NCBI GenBank assembly: GCA_963765595.1
Contig: CAVXXE010000004.1
Location: 45,902-77,901, forward strand
Origin: an uncultured delta proteobacterium
Lineage (GTDB): Bacteria > Desulfobacterota > Desulfobacteria > Desulfobacterales > JAFDCJ01
Length of the DNA: 32,000 nt
Direction of reading: 5' to 3'
A program made the position numbers and the translations under genes. Below, piece by piece: positions 16,563-25,087 of the stretch (its first letter is position 1; each line of letters starts with the position of its first letter). The notes beneath the pieces are model-generated. The model worked only from the letters and a program-made list of their open reading frames with translations, was not told where the DNA came from and ran no database searches.

Positions 16563-17789
16563 TCACTTTGCGTGTTGTATTAGCTTTTGCTGAGCCTCGA
16601 TGATGGCCCGGCTAAACATGGGATCGTTGATATGACAGGGCAGGGTCCTCAGGTTGGCTTGGTTATCTAATATTTTCTCCAGCATTTTAACAAATAGTGG
16701 CGGGGCAGCGGGATCATGCAAAGGGCCGTCTGGGTGGTCGAAAGCCGAGAACCCTTTCATCGGCACCAGGATTTTCCAGGGTCCCTGCGCCTGATTGCAT
16801 AATTCGCCTATGATTTTGGCCAGCGCTTCTATCTCGTTCTGTTGGGTACGCACGACGGTTATGGCGGCATTGTGGACATGGTAAGGGCGGCCGGGGAAAC
16901 TGCGTTCGACGGTCTCCAGAGGGCCGGTGACCAGAAAATCGATGTTGCCGGGGATAATAATAGTGGGAATACCCCGCTTCAGGGCGACGGTCCCGCGCGC
17001 CGGCCCGGCATCGTAGTCTCCGCCAAAATGATGATCCGCCAATTCGTGCAACGACAGGTCTACCAGGGCAGCTACCTTTTCCTGGGCCAGCATTTCTTCC
17101 ATGGCCTTCCCGCCGGCCCCCACCGTATGGAAGATGATCACTTCATTGCCTTTTTCTTCCAGGGTTTGGCGAATGTTTTGGACGCACGCTTCGGTGGTGC
17201 CCAGGGTGGATATAAACACCAGTGGTTTTTGTTTTGAATCATCCTTGCCGGCGGTGTGTCGCAACATGCCGGCCATTGCCAGCGCACCGTTGCGAAGAAC
17301 TTTTTTGGTGACCCGGTTAAGGCCCGTCAGATCGCAAACCGAGTGCAGCATGAAAATGTCTTTGGTGCCGACAAATGCGCGGGTGTCGCGGGATGCCATG
17401 GTGGAAATCATCACCTTGGGAACGCCGATGGCAAGGTTGCGCATGACTGCCGTGCCCAGGGTAGTGCCCATGGAACCGCCCAGTCCGATAACGCCCTGGA
17501 TTTCACCCTGATGATATAACTCCCGGGCGCATTTGACAGCCCCGGTGGTCATGATTTTCAAGGCCCTGCCTTCGTGGCCGATGTTTTGAACCTCTTTCAG
17601 CGGTTTGCCGCCGGCTTGAGCGACCTTTTCCCGTGTGATGTCTACCGGTACCGGACTTGCGCCTCGGATGCCGGCATCCATAATTTTAACCTGAATCCCC
17701 TCTTTATTAATACAATCGGCGATATACAGGGCTTCCTGGCCTTTGGTGTCCATGGTAGCGACTAATAAAGCGACAGAGCGATGTGGCAA
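16563..17789 (-). CDS. UPF0261 / Tm-1-like ATP-binding domain protein (copy B)
   Basis: 408 aa. LLVATMDTKG, GVPKVMISTMASRDTRAFVGTKDIFMLHSV and HTVGAGGKAMEEMLAQEKVAALVDLSLHELADHHFGG. TTG start at 17787-17789 with SD GGAGG 5 nt upstream. Confidence 0.8.
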   Translation of the reverse strand: MPHRSVALLVATMDTKGQEALYIADCINKEGIQVKIMDAGIRGASPVPVDITREKVAQAGGKPLKEVQNIGHEGRALKIMTTGAVKCARELYHQGEIQGVIGLGGSMGTTLGTAVMRNLAIGVPKVMISTMASRDTRAFVGTKDIFMLHSVCDLTGLNRVTKKVLRNGALAMAGMLRHTAGKDDSKQKPLVFISTLGTTEACVQNIRQTLEEKGNEVIIFHTVGAGGKAMEEMLAQEKVAALVDLSLHELADHHFGGDYDAGPARGTVALKRGIPTIIIPGNIDFLVTGPLETVERSFPGRPYHVHNAAITVVRTQQNEIEALAKIIGELCNQAQGPWKILVPMKGFSAFDHPDGPLHDPAAPPLFVKMLEKILDNQANLRTLPCHINDPMFSRAIIEAQQKLIQHAK

Positions 17790-17854
17790 AATAACCTCCG
17801 TTGGTTTCGGAAATTCTTCAATTGACCGAAATCATATAGCTCGTAACGGTTCCA

Positions 17855-17889
17855 TTTTTATGTTTTATGCTGTATTCCATTATTCCAGT
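17855..17889. repeat. Degenerate tandem heptamer tract
   Basis: tttttat gttttat gctgtat tccatta ttccagt, in the spacer between UPF0261 copies C and B. Confidence 0.5.
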
Positions 17890-18000
17890 TCTTGAGTCGA
17901 TGGTTTGCGATAAATTCTCCCTAAGCAAGTGTTCACAGGTTCAAGGTTATTATTCAAATATGACATTAATACTTAGACTATAATTACTCGATATTTAAGT

Positions 18001-19203
18001 TTATTTATGTATCATTGCATCCATCAAAGTGGCCGCAATCTCGCCAAAGGCGCTGTCGTTGATGTGCCGATCCACCTCTTGAATTTCGATTTGAGGATCG
18101 AGAACCTCTTTCAGCCTCCCGGTAAAAATTAAGTTCATTTCAGGATCATATAAAGGTCCGCCTTGCCGGTCGGCCTCGGACCAGCCTCTGCCAGGAATCA
18201 GCACTTTTATGTTGCCTGCATCGCGGTTCAGTTTTTCCGCCAGTTGATTTGCCAGACAGGTGGTTTCTTCAATGTTGAGCCGGATTGCGGAGCGGAAGTC
18301 GTAGAAAAAGATTTTTCGATTTTTATATTCGTCCGGAATGTTCTGTCGGGTAAATTCCAGAACCGCACAATCCAGCCCTCCCGGAACGACCAGCCGGGGG
18401 ATCGATCTGCCGGGAACCGGTTCGTACCGTTGCGGTCCGATGGCACCGCAATAGCCATCCAGCAGATGATCCGCCAGCTCGTGGGTGGCCAGGTCCAGAA
18501 TGCCGTCAAAATACCCTTCCGCCGCCAGTTCTTCCATGGCCATGCCGCCGGTGCCGTTGGCATGGAAGGCAACAACTTCATACCCCAGCCTTTCCAGGGC
18601 CTTGCGGGTGGCTTCAGCCCCGGCAGTGATAAAACCGAAAAAGGGCAGGGCGATGCGTTTTTTTACTTCAGCGGGTTGCCATTGACTTCGAACCATGCCG
18701 CATATGGCGGCGGCGCCTTTATCCAGGATGTTGCCTGAAATGCTGTTGACACCCAGCAGATCCGCGACGCTGTGGATCATGGTAATGTCTTTAGTGGAGA
18801 CGATATCGGCCATGTTGCGTGAGGCCACGGTGGAGATCATCACCTTGGGAACACCCAAGGGCAGTTCGCGCATAATGGTGGCGCAGATATGGGTTCCCGT
18901 ACCGCCGCCGGCTGAAATTATGCCGCTGATTTTGCCGTCCCCATGCAGTTTATTAATTTGTACTTTGGCCTCGTGCAGCATGGCATTTATTATATTATCT
19001 CTTCCCTCAGGTATGTCCGACGCGTTTTCCGTGACATTTTGAAACAAATCTAGATCCACCGGCACCGGTGATGGCGCCCGGGTTCCGACGTTAATCGTCA
19101 GCGTCCGTAATCCCCGTTGCGCTATCTGCTCTTTTAAAAACATGTGTTCTTCTGCTTTAGAATCGAAGGTTCCAACGACAGCGATGGCAGAATCAATTTT
19201 CAT
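18001..19203 (-). CDS. UPF0261 / Tm-1-like ATP-binding domain protein (copy C)
   Basis: 400 aa. IAVVGTFDSKA, GVPKVMISTVASRNMADIVSTKDITMIHSV and HANGTGGMAMEELAAEGYFDGILDLATHELADHLLDG. Confidence 0.8.
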   Translation of the reverse strand: MKIDSAIAVVGTFDSKAEEHMFLKEQIAQRGLRTLTINVGTRAPSPVPVDLDLFQNVTENASDIPEGRDNIINAMLHEAKVQINKLHGDGKISGIISAGGGTGTHICATIMRELPLGVPKVMISTVASRNMADIVSTKDITMIHSVADLLGVNSISGNILDKGAAAICGMVRSQWQPAEVKKRIALPFFGFITAGAEATRKALERLGYEVVAFHANGTGGMAMEELAAEGYFDGILDLATHELADHLLDGYCGAIGPQRYEPVPGRSIPRLVVPGGLDCAVLEFTRQNIPDEYKNRKIFFYDFRSAIRLNIEETTCLANQLAEKLNRDAGNIKVLIPGRGWSEADRQGGPLYDPEMNLIFTGRLKEVLDPQIEIQEVDRHINDSAFGEIAATLMDAMIHK

Positions 19204-19301
19204 AAACTGACCTCAAAACAGGTTGCAGGATTCCTTTTGGGCATAGACCCCGGCGGCCCCTAAAGGCCGGAGGCCGAATTCGGCCTTCCGTTCCGCACCT
19301 G

Positions 19302-19379
19302 TTGCTTTTCGCATTCCACATTCCGACTTCAGACTTCTGTTTTCTGTCCTCTGACTTCCGTCATCTGATCTCTGGCCTC
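19302..19379. repeat. Pyrimidine-rich degenerate heptamer array (array E)
   Basis: ttgcttt tcgcatt ccacatt ccgactt cagactt ctgtttt ctgtcct ctgactt ccgtcat ctgatct ctggcct. By hand count about 46 of 70 positions are identical at lag 7. A 16-nt palindrome, AGGCCGAATTCGGCCT, lies just upstream at 19271-19286. Confidence 0.7.
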
Positions 19380-19863
19380 AGCGATCATGCCGGCTGCAAC
19401 CCGAAAAACCCATCCTTGTGCCAGACCAAAGGTGGTCTTTCCGTAATCTTCTTGATCTACAACCCGGCCGATGAAAATCCGGTATCCCTTAATTTCTTGA
19501 CTGCTCTCCACCTTACACTCCATCCAGGCCGCCGACCCTTCGGGAATGGGGGCATTGCTGGTTTTTGCCGGTTGGATTTATGAAATTTTTCAAACTTGTC
19601 CGCTGTCTCACCTTTGATACTCCCCACTTGCATGGCCAGATTTCTTCTGGTCCTAGCCGGCGATTACCAGGGTGAATTTTTCGGATTGATTCGATTAATT
19701 TCTCGGTGAGATGGTCCTTGGCAACACTGATGGCAAGCAGCGGCTCTTTTTCCGAAACAAACATCGCCGTGGCTGTCATGATATCACGCGTTTCTCCATG
19801 GGCCGTGCATACAAACACTACCGAACACGGCAGCCAGTAAAAAACATTATTTTCTCTATCCAT
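19329..19863 (-). pseudogene. Flavin-reductase-like (FMN-binding split-barrel) gene with several frame disruptions
   Basis: The start is intact (SD GGGAGG, ATG at 19861-19863). LPCSVVFVCTAHGETRDIMTATAMFVSEKEPLLAISVAKDHLTEKLIES fits the flavin-reductase domain. The continuation is scattered over three frames: FTLVIAG then an in-frame TAG, GETADKFEKF, and IQPAKTSNAPIPEGSAAWMECKVESSQEIKGYRIFIGRVV. The apparent C-terminal tail is a translation of heptamer array E. Confidence 0.55.
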
Positions 19864-20096
19864 TTTTTTTCCTCCCGATAATTAGCCGGTGATCGAAAGA
19901 CTGTCTCAAGACCGGTATTTAAATTGATAGTTCCCTATTTCATGGTTCCAATATACCACTTTACAAAGCCGTAGCGAGATGAAGGTTAATTCCACAACAA
20001 CTTTATAGTGTCATTTATTACTATAATTGCAGAATGTAAAGTGTGGTTTGACATTTTGATCTGTGATTGTTTTGTGTAAATTGCCGTGTTCAGCCT

Positions 20097-20543
20097 TTAG
20101 GATTTATCCTTAATTTTGAGAAAATCTTCTATCTGATCAAGATGCAGTTTGCGGTGTATAGAACGATAAAGCCTAAACTTTTCTCCAAGACCTTCAATTT
20201 CAGCAATGAAGTCTGAAGAGGCTTCTTCTAATTCACGATCTATCGCTTCAGCAGATGAAATCGCAAGATTGGCGGCTTTCCGCGGGTGTATAGCCAGCCA
20301 TTGAGAAAGGAGCGAATCATTGGTGACATCGATATCTATCGATGATGGCTCAACACCGCTCTTCTTCCATTTCCTCATCAAAAATAGTATTCGCTGATCC
20401 CAAAATGACAGATGCGCAAGGGCAACTGCGATGGTCCAGCCATTGCATAGAGGGAGGCTTAGCTCATTGTCTGTCAAGCGTTCGATAAGAGAACGCAGCC
20501 TTTCACGTTCTTTAGCATTCTCCGCGACAAATGGTCGTTCCAT
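20097..20543 (-). CDS. DinB-like four-helix-bundle protein (tentative), function unknown
   Basis: Start placed at MERPF... because SD GGGAGG lies 5 nt upstream. The helical sequence with AHLSFWDQR resembles the DinB/DinB_2 histidine-containing helix. This is a weak, motif-level call only. Confidence 0.45.
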   Translation of the reverse strand: MERPFVAENAKERERLRSLIERLTDNELSLPLCNGWTIAVALAHLSFWDQRILFLMRKWKKSGVEPSSIDIDVTNDSLLSQWLAIHPRKAANLAISSAEAIDRELEEASSDFIAEIEGLGEKFRLYRSIHRKLHLDQIEDFLKIKDKS

Positions 20544-21290
20544 AGAGCCTCCCTTAGTCAACCTTCAACCTGCAACCCTTCATTAATCGAAATGAATTTT
20601 AGATGCTTTGTGCCATAACTTTAGTTTCCAACATAAGATAAACGATGATGAACTATCTGGCATATTATCAGAAAAGGACACAATATTGAAGTATGAATCG
20701 TGCCAAAAAAAATAGGCTCACTCTGGTGAAAGTTTGTTCCGTTGTCTTCTTTCTAATTCCAGCATATTAATCCTGATAAGATGAAGGCTAATAATTTCGG
20801 TGGCATATTTAGCGGGCTATTAAGGTGGGATTAAAATAGAAAATATGGCCCGAAATAAACGACTGTCTTCTGTAAGATATCATTTGAGTATCTTGAACTT
20901 TAAGCAATTGGTATTATTGCATATATATAGCAGTTGTGTTGCCAGTTCCAGTTATGTTGTCAGTATGGGATTTACTTCCTTTAGTTCTTCTTATCTTCTT
21001 CCCAGAAAATTTAAAAAATACATATAATTCTTCTAATTCCCTTCCATCTGGTTCTTTTTCTTGATATCTTATTCTTGACCACCGGAATGGGAGGTAAATA
21101 GAAGAACAAACGATCACCTTTCCGTGGTCATTAAAAACCTGATTATCAGGGCCTCAGGGCGAAAGGAGAAGTAATTCATATGAAGTCTGAACGCCTGAGG
21201 GAAAGACAAATAGTTGCTCTGCCTGAGCGGCCTCTAAGGAAGCAATTGGCATTCTGAGCTCCAACCGCAGGGGTGCCCGGGCGATCTCGA

Positions 21291-21424
21291 ATTATGTTGT
21301 GAGTCATTCTTACAATTTTGTAACTAATCTTATAACAAGCTGAATACATTGCTAATATGAATTTTTCGCGGACTCATCAATAAATCCAATAATTTCAGTC
21401 GGATAGGTGAACTCACAACATAAT
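21291..21424. repeat. Perfect 14-nt inverted repeat (ATTATGTTGTGAGT ... ACTCACAACATAAT) enclosing 106 nt
   Basis: Arms at 21291-21304 and 21411-21424, read directly. No ORF lies inside and there is no obvious target duplication. Confidence 0.6.
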
Positions 21425-21595
21425 AGCAGAAAGCAACACCTCAGCCTTGAAATCTTGAAATGAAGATATCACAAATTTTAGCGGTCCCCGATAAATTCAA
21501 CTTTGTTAGAGATACTACAAAAATTAGAACCGCAAAGAAACCTGTGTTACACAGCAGACCATACAATTATCGCATTTTTTCATTACTTCATTTTT

Positions 21596-21627
21596 GGAGG
21601 AGGCTGTAAAGGCCTCCCCCAATTTTT
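21596..21627 (+). terminator. Hairpin GGAGGC-tgtaaag-GCCTCC followed by CCCAATTTTT
   Basis: Stem at 21599-21604 and 21612-21617, T-run at 21623-21627 on the plus strand. It also lies about 45 nt beyond the stop of the minus-strand hydrolase gene, but there is no U-run in that orientation. Confidence 0.35.
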
Positions 21628-21664
21628 GCAAACACCTTTATCTTTTGGCCTGAGCGATCCTGGA

Positions 21665-22975
21665 TCAGCGTGGTCGTATACGTTCATCCATATCCGGGAT
21701 CACAAAGCCTGGAACAAATCGGCAAGGACCCTCGAAAGAGGTCGTGTTTTCAATATCTACGCAAACTCCTTGGATATCGGCCGCTGTTGGCTGTGGAAAT
21801 CCTGCTATCCAGGCCCGCAGTGACTCCCAACCGGCTAAAGCTTCGGCCTCTGTGAAGTCGCAGTGACTTGGGGCATCTTCCACGGCAATTGCCACCGTAA
21901 GATTTTCGGCTGGCACAACATAAGCGTAATCGCTTTCGTTTTCCACAACCACCAGACCATCCTTATCCGTATGTATAGCTATAATTTTTGTATCTCCTAC
22001 ATCCCCGGTCGGCGTGAAATTCCGTTCTAGCCGGTTTTCTGCTCCCGGGTGCGGTGACACGCGGTCTATGCTGTCATTTATTTTATTGTCACCATAGTCC
22101 ACATCGGCGTTGCCCGTGCCGAGTCTGCTATTGAGCTTGTGTTTGTCATGAACGAGGTCGCTCATATTCAGGGTTGCATAGAACATGTCTTTAATTAGAA
22201 AATTCTCAGGGATTCTTGCAAGAGCCAATATAGTGGCCAGATTGGCTGCTTGATCCGGCGTGCGAAAGGTTGGTGGCAAAAGGACCCCGGTGGCCACGTT
22301 CACCGCCATTGCGATTTCGAACTCTGTCAATATGGAATCTTCCGGCAAACCTTCTGCGCCACCCGGGATCTCAGCACCGGGTATGCCTGCCGCCACTGCG
22401 TCATAGATCAGCCTGAGGTCCAGTGCACCGTCCCAGTTCCGGCTGCCGGCCACAGCGCCGCAAAGACTATAGGCCCCTACAACATTCCCGAGATTAGCTT
22501 TTTCGATCGCCTGGGCGGTAACCGCACCACCCAGCGACGCCCCGGTGACGATCACTTCGTTGGGCTCCCCAAATTGATCCTTGAACTCGCCAAACATGTT
22601 CTGCAAATCGTTCTTAGTTTTAAACAAGGCCCAACCTGCTTGCCGGAAGCTGGAAGCTGCGACTGCGTATCTCTCATCAAGCTGGATGGACGCCAGGGGT
22701 CCCAGGTCTTCCTTAGACAGGGGCCCTGGAGCATCGAGCGTGAAACCGTGGTTCCAAATCACCAGGTCTCCGTTCCAATCTTCCGGGACTGCAATCAAGT
22801 AGAAAGCTCCACCGCCGGTCATGCCGTTCATAAAGGTTATAGGTGGTTGAGCCCTTCCTATGGATGCTGTTGCTAAGCACAACGCCAGAATGGTAAGCTT
22901 GAGTATCAACGACCTCACGCACGAAAATGCTTGCCAGTTGACAGTATTTTTAATCTTTATGGTGTTTCTGGCCAT
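21665..22975 (-). CDS. Secreted alpha/beta-hydrolase-fold protein (esterase/lipase-like)
   Basis: 436 aa. SD AGGAGG 7 nt upstream. Signal peptide (LILKLTILALCLATASIGRAQP). Nucleophile elbow G-x-S-x-G (VTGASLGGAV). Confidence 0.7.
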   Translation of the reverse strand: MARNTIKIKNTVNWQAFSCVRSLILKLTILALCLATASIGRAQPPITFMNGMTGGGAFYLIAVPEDWNGDLVIWNHGFTLDAPGPLSKEDLGPLASIQLDERYAVAASSFRQAGWALFKTKNDLQNMFGEFKDQFGEPNEVIVTGASLGGAVTAQAIEKANLGNVVGAYSLCGAVAGSRNWDGALDLRLIYDAVAAGIPGAEIPGGAEGLPEDSILTEFEIAMAVNVATGVLLPPTFRTPDQAANLATILALARIPENFLIKDMFYATLNMSDLVHDKHKLNSRLGTGNADVDYGDNKINDSIDRVSPHPGAENRLERNFTPTGDVGDTKIIAIHTDKDGLVVVENESDYAYVVPAENLTVAIAVEDAPSHCDFTEAEALAGWESLRAWIAGFPQPTAADIQGVCVDIENTTSFEGPCRFVPGFVIPDMDERIRPR

Positions 22976-23554
22976 TTTCTACCTCCTTTTGTGTTCGCCA
23001 AATGAGTGGTGTTTAACTTAAACGATGCATTGTTTATAAAATCATATTGCCAAACAGAACAATTAATGTTCGCTTAGCAGCTGGATGAGCAGCATTTGAG
23101 ACCTTTTCGATTTTTATCACCAAATCCCTCCGGCTTTATGAGCAAGAGCCGCCCCACAAAAGTGTAAGGCGGCATGGCAATATGTGCTGGGGTGGCATAG
23201 GGGGTTATAACCGATGGAACTTCCCTGTAAGTAACCTTCGGTTCTTAATCTCAAATGAGCAAAAAAAATCCTTATGGGTTCGGGGACAAAAGCGATGCTT
23301 CTGTTTTTGATACCCGTATCGAGGACTCCGCCAAGTGTATCCATTACATGCCCAGCAGGCGCGCGCGGGATACTGGGATTCAACGTCAACAGGAGGCGGG
23401 TCGAGCAGATCCGGAAACAACTGCGGGAAGCCGGAGTCGTACGTCAGGATGGACCCGCAAAATTCGATTTTCCCTTTGGCAGGAATTCGCATAGTAGATT
23501 AGGCCGCCAGGCTGTAATCCACCACCATTTCAGCTCATTTACGCTTTCACCTCC

Positions 23555-24493
23555 TCAGAAAGCTGCTACGCACTCCGGCTCCGCTCTTTCACCATTGACT
23601 CGATTATTGCTCCACCGGTTCATGGAGTCACAGTTACCATCTTCATCCACATTTTCATCCAATAGATTGCGTTCTTGCGGCGGATCGGGATTGCAGCCCT
23701 CTTCGTCGCAACCTAGATTACCGCTTGTCCTGTTATTAATGACGATATTTTCCGTGGCGCCATCCGTGATATCGATCCCCGCGTAAAACCAGGGTCTATA
23801 GTCTTCATCGGAGGCTTCGCAGGTAACCGGGTTGCCGTTATCCGCCACATAATTGTTTATCAGAGAGTTGTCATACCCTTCATTATCAATCTCAATGCCA
23901 TCCCGGCAGTTATCAAAAGCGGCGCTGTTCCTGATCTTGTTATCACTTCCTCCGTCAATAATGAAGCCTTGTCGGCCGTTATCCTCGGCCAAACAGTTGA
24001 CCAGCTTATTTTCATCACCGTCGATATTAAAACCCCGTCTTTTATTGTTACGAGATTCAGTGTCTATAACCTGATTATAGGCACTTCTCACCCTTATCCC
24101 TTCCCTGGTGTTATTTTCAACAATCAGCTGTAAGACTTTGTGGTGGCCATCACCCGTAATCACTACCCCGTTGTAGCAGTTGATTATAATGCCGTTTCGC
24201 ACCTTGGCATTCCGGCCCTCCAGCACAATGCCCTCACGTTCGCTTTCGGGGGGGTTATTGCAATCCACGGTATAACCGTTCAGATCGAGAATCGCACCGC
24301 CTTGGAGGGTGAGAGCTGGGTCATCGGGTACAGTACAGGTTACATTTTTGGTTAATTTGTGATGACCTTTTGCCAAAATAGCTCCGCACTCAATGGCTTC
24401 AGCCTGCGGAAAAAACATGCCCATGCCGAACAGCAAAATACCCGTGACCAATCCCAGACGTGCAGCATACTTTCTATTAGCGGTATATTTCAT
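23555..24493 (-). CDS. Secreted right-handed parallel beta-helix repeat protein (NosD/CASH-like)
   Basis: Start placed at MKYTANRKY... because SD AGGAGG lies 7 nt upstream. Hydrophobic signal/anchor (LGLVTGILLFGMGMFF). Repeated about 22-aa N/G/I-rich turns (NGIIINCYNGVVITG, NNTREGIRV, NNKRRGFNIDG, DNGRQGFIIDG, DNCRDGIEID). Cys-rich C-terminus. Confidence 0.7.
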   Translation of the reverse strand: MKYTANRKYAARLGLVTGILLFGMGMFFPQAEAIECGAILAKGHHKLTKNVTCTVPDDPALTLQGGAILDLNGYTVDCNNPPESEREGIVLEGRNAKVRNGIIINCYNGVVITGDGHHKVLQLIVENNTREGIRVRSAYNQVIDTESRNNKRRGFNIDGDENKLVNCLAEDNGRQGFIIDGGSDNKIRNSAAFDNCRDGIEIDNEGYDNSLINNYVADNGNPVTCEASDEDYRPWFYAGIDITDGATENIVINNRTSGNLGCDEEGCNPDPPQERNLLDENVDEDGNCDSMNRWSNNRVNGERAEPECVAAF

Positions 24494-25030
24494 TGTCTTA
24501 TCCTCCTGAGAATTCAAATTTGACAGCAATTAAAACAACAATTAAAATAGCCTAAAAAGAGAATAACACTCCTAACAGAAGCCAATACTCCTGTCAGGAG
24601 AAAGGCTTGCACAATTTGAGTGGTTTCTCCATTGAATCTTTACCTGATTATTAGGTTAAGTTTACAAGGAAACCAGTTCGATATTAAAATTGAAGAGCTA
24701 ACAGTAAGTGAATTTCGATTCGCGATGAGACTCAGCTCAGAATAGGATTCCGAATGAGATCAATAGTCGAATGAGAGGGCAATCAGCGTTGCGCTTCTGG
24801 GCAACAAGAGGTGTTTGGTTGATAATTTTTCCATAATACATACACGAAGTCGTTGTCATTGTCAAGAATTTGGTAAAAAGCACTACATTGTAGTAATTTG
24901 AGAGTACATGCTTGGTTGAATATACCTTGCCAATATGTGAAAATACGCAAATATTCAGATATGTTATGGCTATCTTAATAAAATCAAGGAGCCCTAAGTT
25001 TCGGATATATAGCAGAACTCAATACATTCA

Positions 25031-25067
25031 AAAAATAGAAAAGCAGGGTCATCACGGCCCTGCTTTT
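25031..25067 (-). terminator. Rho-independent terminator after the NTF2-like gene
   Basis: Stem AAAAGCAGGG (25039-25048) / CCCTGCTTTT (25058-25067). On the minus strand it is followed by TTTTCTATTTTTT. It begins 21 nt beyond the stop at 25088. Confidence 0.6.
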
Positions 25068-25087
25068 AATAGACTTTTGTTCTTGGT

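Noticed and set aside
11846-19583. ORFs 11846..12031 (+), 16199..16566 (three minus-strand frames) and 19302..19583 (+).
   Set aside because: They are translations of the heptamer arrays, giving repetitive peptides such as GLGPYGPYG and SDFRHLISG. They have no SD sequences. They exist only because the repeats lack stop codons.
20845-21117. ORFs 20845..21027 (+) and 20914..21117 (-).
   Set aside because: They overlap each other in AT-rich DNA, have no SD, and their products are Ser/Leu/Ile/Tyr-rich with no motifs.
21291-21424. Retron-like msr/msd interpretation of the 14-nt inverted repeat.
   Set aside because: There is no reverse transcriptase gene anywhere in the window, and I see no conserved branching-G context. 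It is kept only as an unexplained inverted repeat.
23117-23492. Annotating 23205..23492 or 23117..23389 (-) as genes.
   Set aside because: They are two overlapping frames with no recognisable family and no SD before the first ATG. I report the region only as a possibly decayed gene.
81-23786. Long ORFs antisense to, or overlapping, recognised genes (for example 81..716 +, 3701..4507 -, 8241..8858 +, 13170..14216 +, 14256..14864 +, 18163..18738 +, 22250..22876 +, 23274..23786 +).
   Set aside because: Each lies entirely inside a gene with clear family motifs on the other strand or frame. Their translations are low-complexity and Arg/Gly/Pro-rich with no motifs or SD sequences. They are typical shadow ORFs of GC-balanced coding DNA.
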